DNA of 40,946 nucleotides, from the NCBI GenBank assembly GCA_051747065.1, contig JBNJFT010000001.1:15376-56321 (forward strand). The letters run 5' to 3'. This stretch comes from Bacteroidota bacterium. Lineage in GTDB: Bacteria > Bacteroidota > Bacteroidia > Bacteroidales > UBA12077. This document shows, piece after piece, positions 38,953 through 40,946 of the stretch; position 1 is the first letter of the stretch, and each line of letters opens with the position of its first letter. Below the pieces are notes generated by a model, which was not told the origin of the DNA, searched no databases, and saw only the letters and a program-made list of their open reading frames with translations. The position numbers and the translations under genes are program-made.

Positions 38953-40357
38953 CGTTTGGACAAATATTGACTGGTTTACTGTTATTCTTTATGTTATTCT
39001 TGTGTTCATAGGGTGGTTGACAATTTATTCTGCTCTCTATAATGAAGAGCATAAGAGTGTTTTTGATCTTTCTCAACGGTATGGCAAACAATTTTTATGG
39101 ATATCTGCAGCATTTTTGCTCGCTATCCTTATTATGGTTATAGATAGTAATTTCTTTTCATTTTTTGCTTATGGCTTTTATGTGCTTGTAATCATCTTAT
39201 TGATAGCCGTGCTTTTTTTCGGAGAAGAAACTCAAGGTTCAAAAGCCTGGTTGAGAATTGGCAATGTGAAGTTCCAGCCTGCTGAATTTGCCAAAGTTGC
39301 TACTGCCTTAACCATTGCAAAGTATCTAAGTGGCTTTAACGTGAAATTAAATGTGCTAAAAACTTACTTTAGAGTAGCCATGCTCATCTTACTTCCTATG
39401 GCTTTGGTCTTTATTCATGATGCAGGTACGGCACTTGTATTTGTAGCCTTTCTTTTGCCACTATACAGAGAAGGTTTATCATCTGCTGTTTTATTATTAG
39501 GTGTATATTTTATTATCCTTTTTATTCTCTCTTTCCTGGTTGAAAAGATTATACTAACCCTGGGAGCTATTTTTATTGTTCATCTAATCTTCTTGTTCAT
39601 TCAACGAAATATAAAACAAACCCTGGTTTCTCTGCTCATTTTTATCGGAATATCTGGTCTTTTCCTTGGAATTAATCAATTATCCGGCTTCAGCATTGAC
39701 TATATATATATAATACTGGGAGGTTTTATCGGTTCGAGTATATTTTACCTCATTCTTTCATATTATCATAAAATTTCTAAAGTCCCATTATATATATTGT
39801 TTGTTTTTGCTTCTATTACATTTACGTATTCAATAGATTTTGCTTTTGACAGCTTCTTGCAACCTCATCAGCAAAGGCGGATAGTCCAAATAATGGGATT
39901 AGAAGACAGTCCGCAAGGTGCCGGTTACAATGTTAATCAATCAGTAATTGCTATCGGGTCGGGAGGTTTTTCCGGGAAAGGCTATTTGAAGGGGACTCAG
40001 ACCAAATATGATTTTGTACCTGAACAGAGTACAGATTTTATTTTCAGCACAATAGGGGAAGAATTTGGTTTTGTCGGGTCGTCTATTTTGATTATATTAT
40101 TTGTCACCCTGTTATTACGGCTGATATTTCTTGCAGAAAGACAGCGTTCTTTTTTTAGCCGGATTTATGGATATGGTGTAATTTCCGTTTTTTTATTCCA
40201 TTTTATAATCAATATCGGCATGACAATAGGTTTGGCACCTGTAATTGGCATTCCTTTACCTTTTATCAGCTATGGTGGCTCATCCCTTTGGGCTTTTACC
40301 GTAATGCTTTTTATTTTTATCCGGTTAGATGTGAGTCGGTTAAAAGTGTTAAGATAG
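38936..40357 (+). CDS. rodA: Rod shape-determining SEDS glycosyltransferase RodA
   Basis: SEDS family polytopic protein (PEQSTDFIFS, ISYGGSS). It overlaps the mrdA stop by 17 nt. Confidence 0.92.
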   Translation: MRRKINVWTNIDWFTVILYVILVFIGWLTIYSALYNEEHKSVFDLSQRYGKQFLWISAAFLLAILIMVIDSNFFSFFAYGFYVLVIILLIAVLFFGEETQGSKAWLRIGNVKFQPAEFAKVATALTIAKYLSGFNVKLNVLKTYFRVAMLILLPMALVFIHDAGTALVFVAFLLPLYREGLSSAVLLLGVYFIILFILSFLVEKIILTLGAIFIVHLIFLFIQRNIKQTLVSLLIFIGISGLFLGINQLSGFSIDYIYIILGGFIGSSIFYLILSYYHKISKVPLYILFVFASITFTYSIDFAFDSFLQPHQQRRIVQIMGLEDSPQGAGYNVNQSVIAIGSGGFSGKGYLKGTQTKYDFVPEQSTDFIFSTIGEEFGFVGSSILIILFVTLLLRLIFLAERQRSFFSRIYGYGVISVFLFHFIINIGMTIGLAPVIGIPLPFISYGGSSLWAFTVMLFIFIRLDVSRLKVLR

Positions 40358-40363
40358 GCAGTT

Positions 40364-40593
40364 TCAGAAGTATCGGCTATATTTCTATTTCTGAGGTAAC
40401 ACAGCTTTTTTCTATTTTTGATTGTTTTCGAGGTCGTAAAAGTTAAATAGATTTTTCATATGCAGGTATTTTATATTATCTCATTGCTAGCCAAGAAATG
40501 AATTCTATAGCCTTTAACTGTTACCAAATCGCTACTAACTACTTTTCTTTCAGCTAAAAAAATGTGTTTCTAAGATTATCTTCTACTTCTGAA
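40364..40593 (+). repeat. Short repeat unit D1 bounded by inverted TTCAGAAGTA / TACTTCTGAA
   Basis: 10-bp perfect inverted repeat (40364-40373 versus 40584-40593). The internal 40480-40520 resembles the tail of copy C (24263-24300). Confidence 0.5.
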
Positions 40594-40946
40594 TCTTCCT
40601 AATTATCAAAGGAATACAAAAATATTGTGTCTGGTATTTTAATGTGTTAATAAAAAGAATCAGCACTAAATTAACAAATATTATTAAAAAACGAGGTTAC
40701 GGAATTATTTACATACAAAAGGAACTCACAAAACTTTAGGTTATTCTAATGCGGATTATGGAGAGCAATTTGTTTATCCATTATGTGCTGCATATTCACT
40801 GCCTACTGCAAAGTGCTTACTGCTTACTTGCTACCCTGCTTTTTACTCATTTTTGCATTTTTCGGGGTTTCGATTTTCTTAATTTTGTCGTAAATTTCTT
40901 GCAATTCAAGATATTGTCTGCTTCTAAAGACACCTATTTTTCACTT
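40583..40946 (+). repeat. Modular intergenic repeat, copy D (head variant + module 1 + 161-bp X module + core), truncated by the window end
   Basis: Module 1 (40613-40664) and the core (40842-40897) align to copies B and C. 40668-40828 aligns to the reverse complement of 170-330. Confidence 0.75.
40890..40897 (+). promoter_or_regulatory. Conserved -7-like box TAATTTTG inside repeat copy D
   Basis: Matches TAnnTTTG with the same spacing from the invariant 24-mer as in copies B and C. Confidence 0.4.

Noticed and set aside
170-40828. The two inverted X modules were considered as terminal inverted repeats of a 40-kb composite or invertible element.
   Set aside because: The enclosed genes are core housekeeping operons in conserved synteny blocks. 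No recombinase is present, and the repeats are only about 85 percent identical and belong to a dispersed family.
1-40946. I searched for a protein-coding novel system (defence island, toxin-antitoxin, secretion or biosynthetic cluster).
   Set aside because: Every ORF above about 100 aa that is not antisense to a better gene has a plausible housekeeping or common conserved-hypothetical assignment. I found no clustering of unknown genes beyond the PepSY/His-rich lipoprotein pair.

Overview
The window looks like a core chromosomal segment of a Bacteroidota-type genome. It is AT-rich, carries a fused lpxC-fabZ gene, and has TAnnTTTG -7 promoter boxes a short distance upstream of start codons. Coding content is almost entirely housekeeping. 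The suf Fe-S operon (sufB-C-D-S-E plus a DUF59/SufT gene) lies on the - strand. It is followed by thiL, an HD-hydrolase/lpxD/lpxC-fabZ/lpxA cluster, and rimP-nusA-infB. Next come a UPF0182 membrane protein, an LPG-synthase-TM-like protein, rsmA-mgtE, a dehydrogenase, tRNA-Ser(CGA), an aldo/keto reductase, pdxA, an M17 aminopeptidase, a DUF4837-like lipoprotein, an MltD-like lytic transglycosylase, and a PepSY-TM protein with a His-rich lipoprotein. The window ends with purH and mreB-mreC-mreD-mrdA-rodA. I found no transposase, integrase, CRISPR array or recognisable defence gene. The most unusual content is non-coding: a modular intergenic repeat family with four loci in 41 kb (about 113-330, 17072-17381, 23915-24340 and 40364-40946). 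Every copy sits just downstream of the last gene of a transcription unit and is co-oriented with it. Units are bounded by CAGAATN / TTCAGAAG heptamer motifs. Three copies share an invariant 24-mer followed at fixed spacing by a conserved TAAnTTTG -7-like box facing outward. A 161-bp accessory module occurs in inverted orientation at the two ends of the window. Secondary observations are a promoter plus intrinsic terminator leader upstream of rimP-nusA-infB and a densely self-complementary 150-bp intergenic segment at 20342-20493. All homology statements come from by-eye alignment within this window; no database search was possible.
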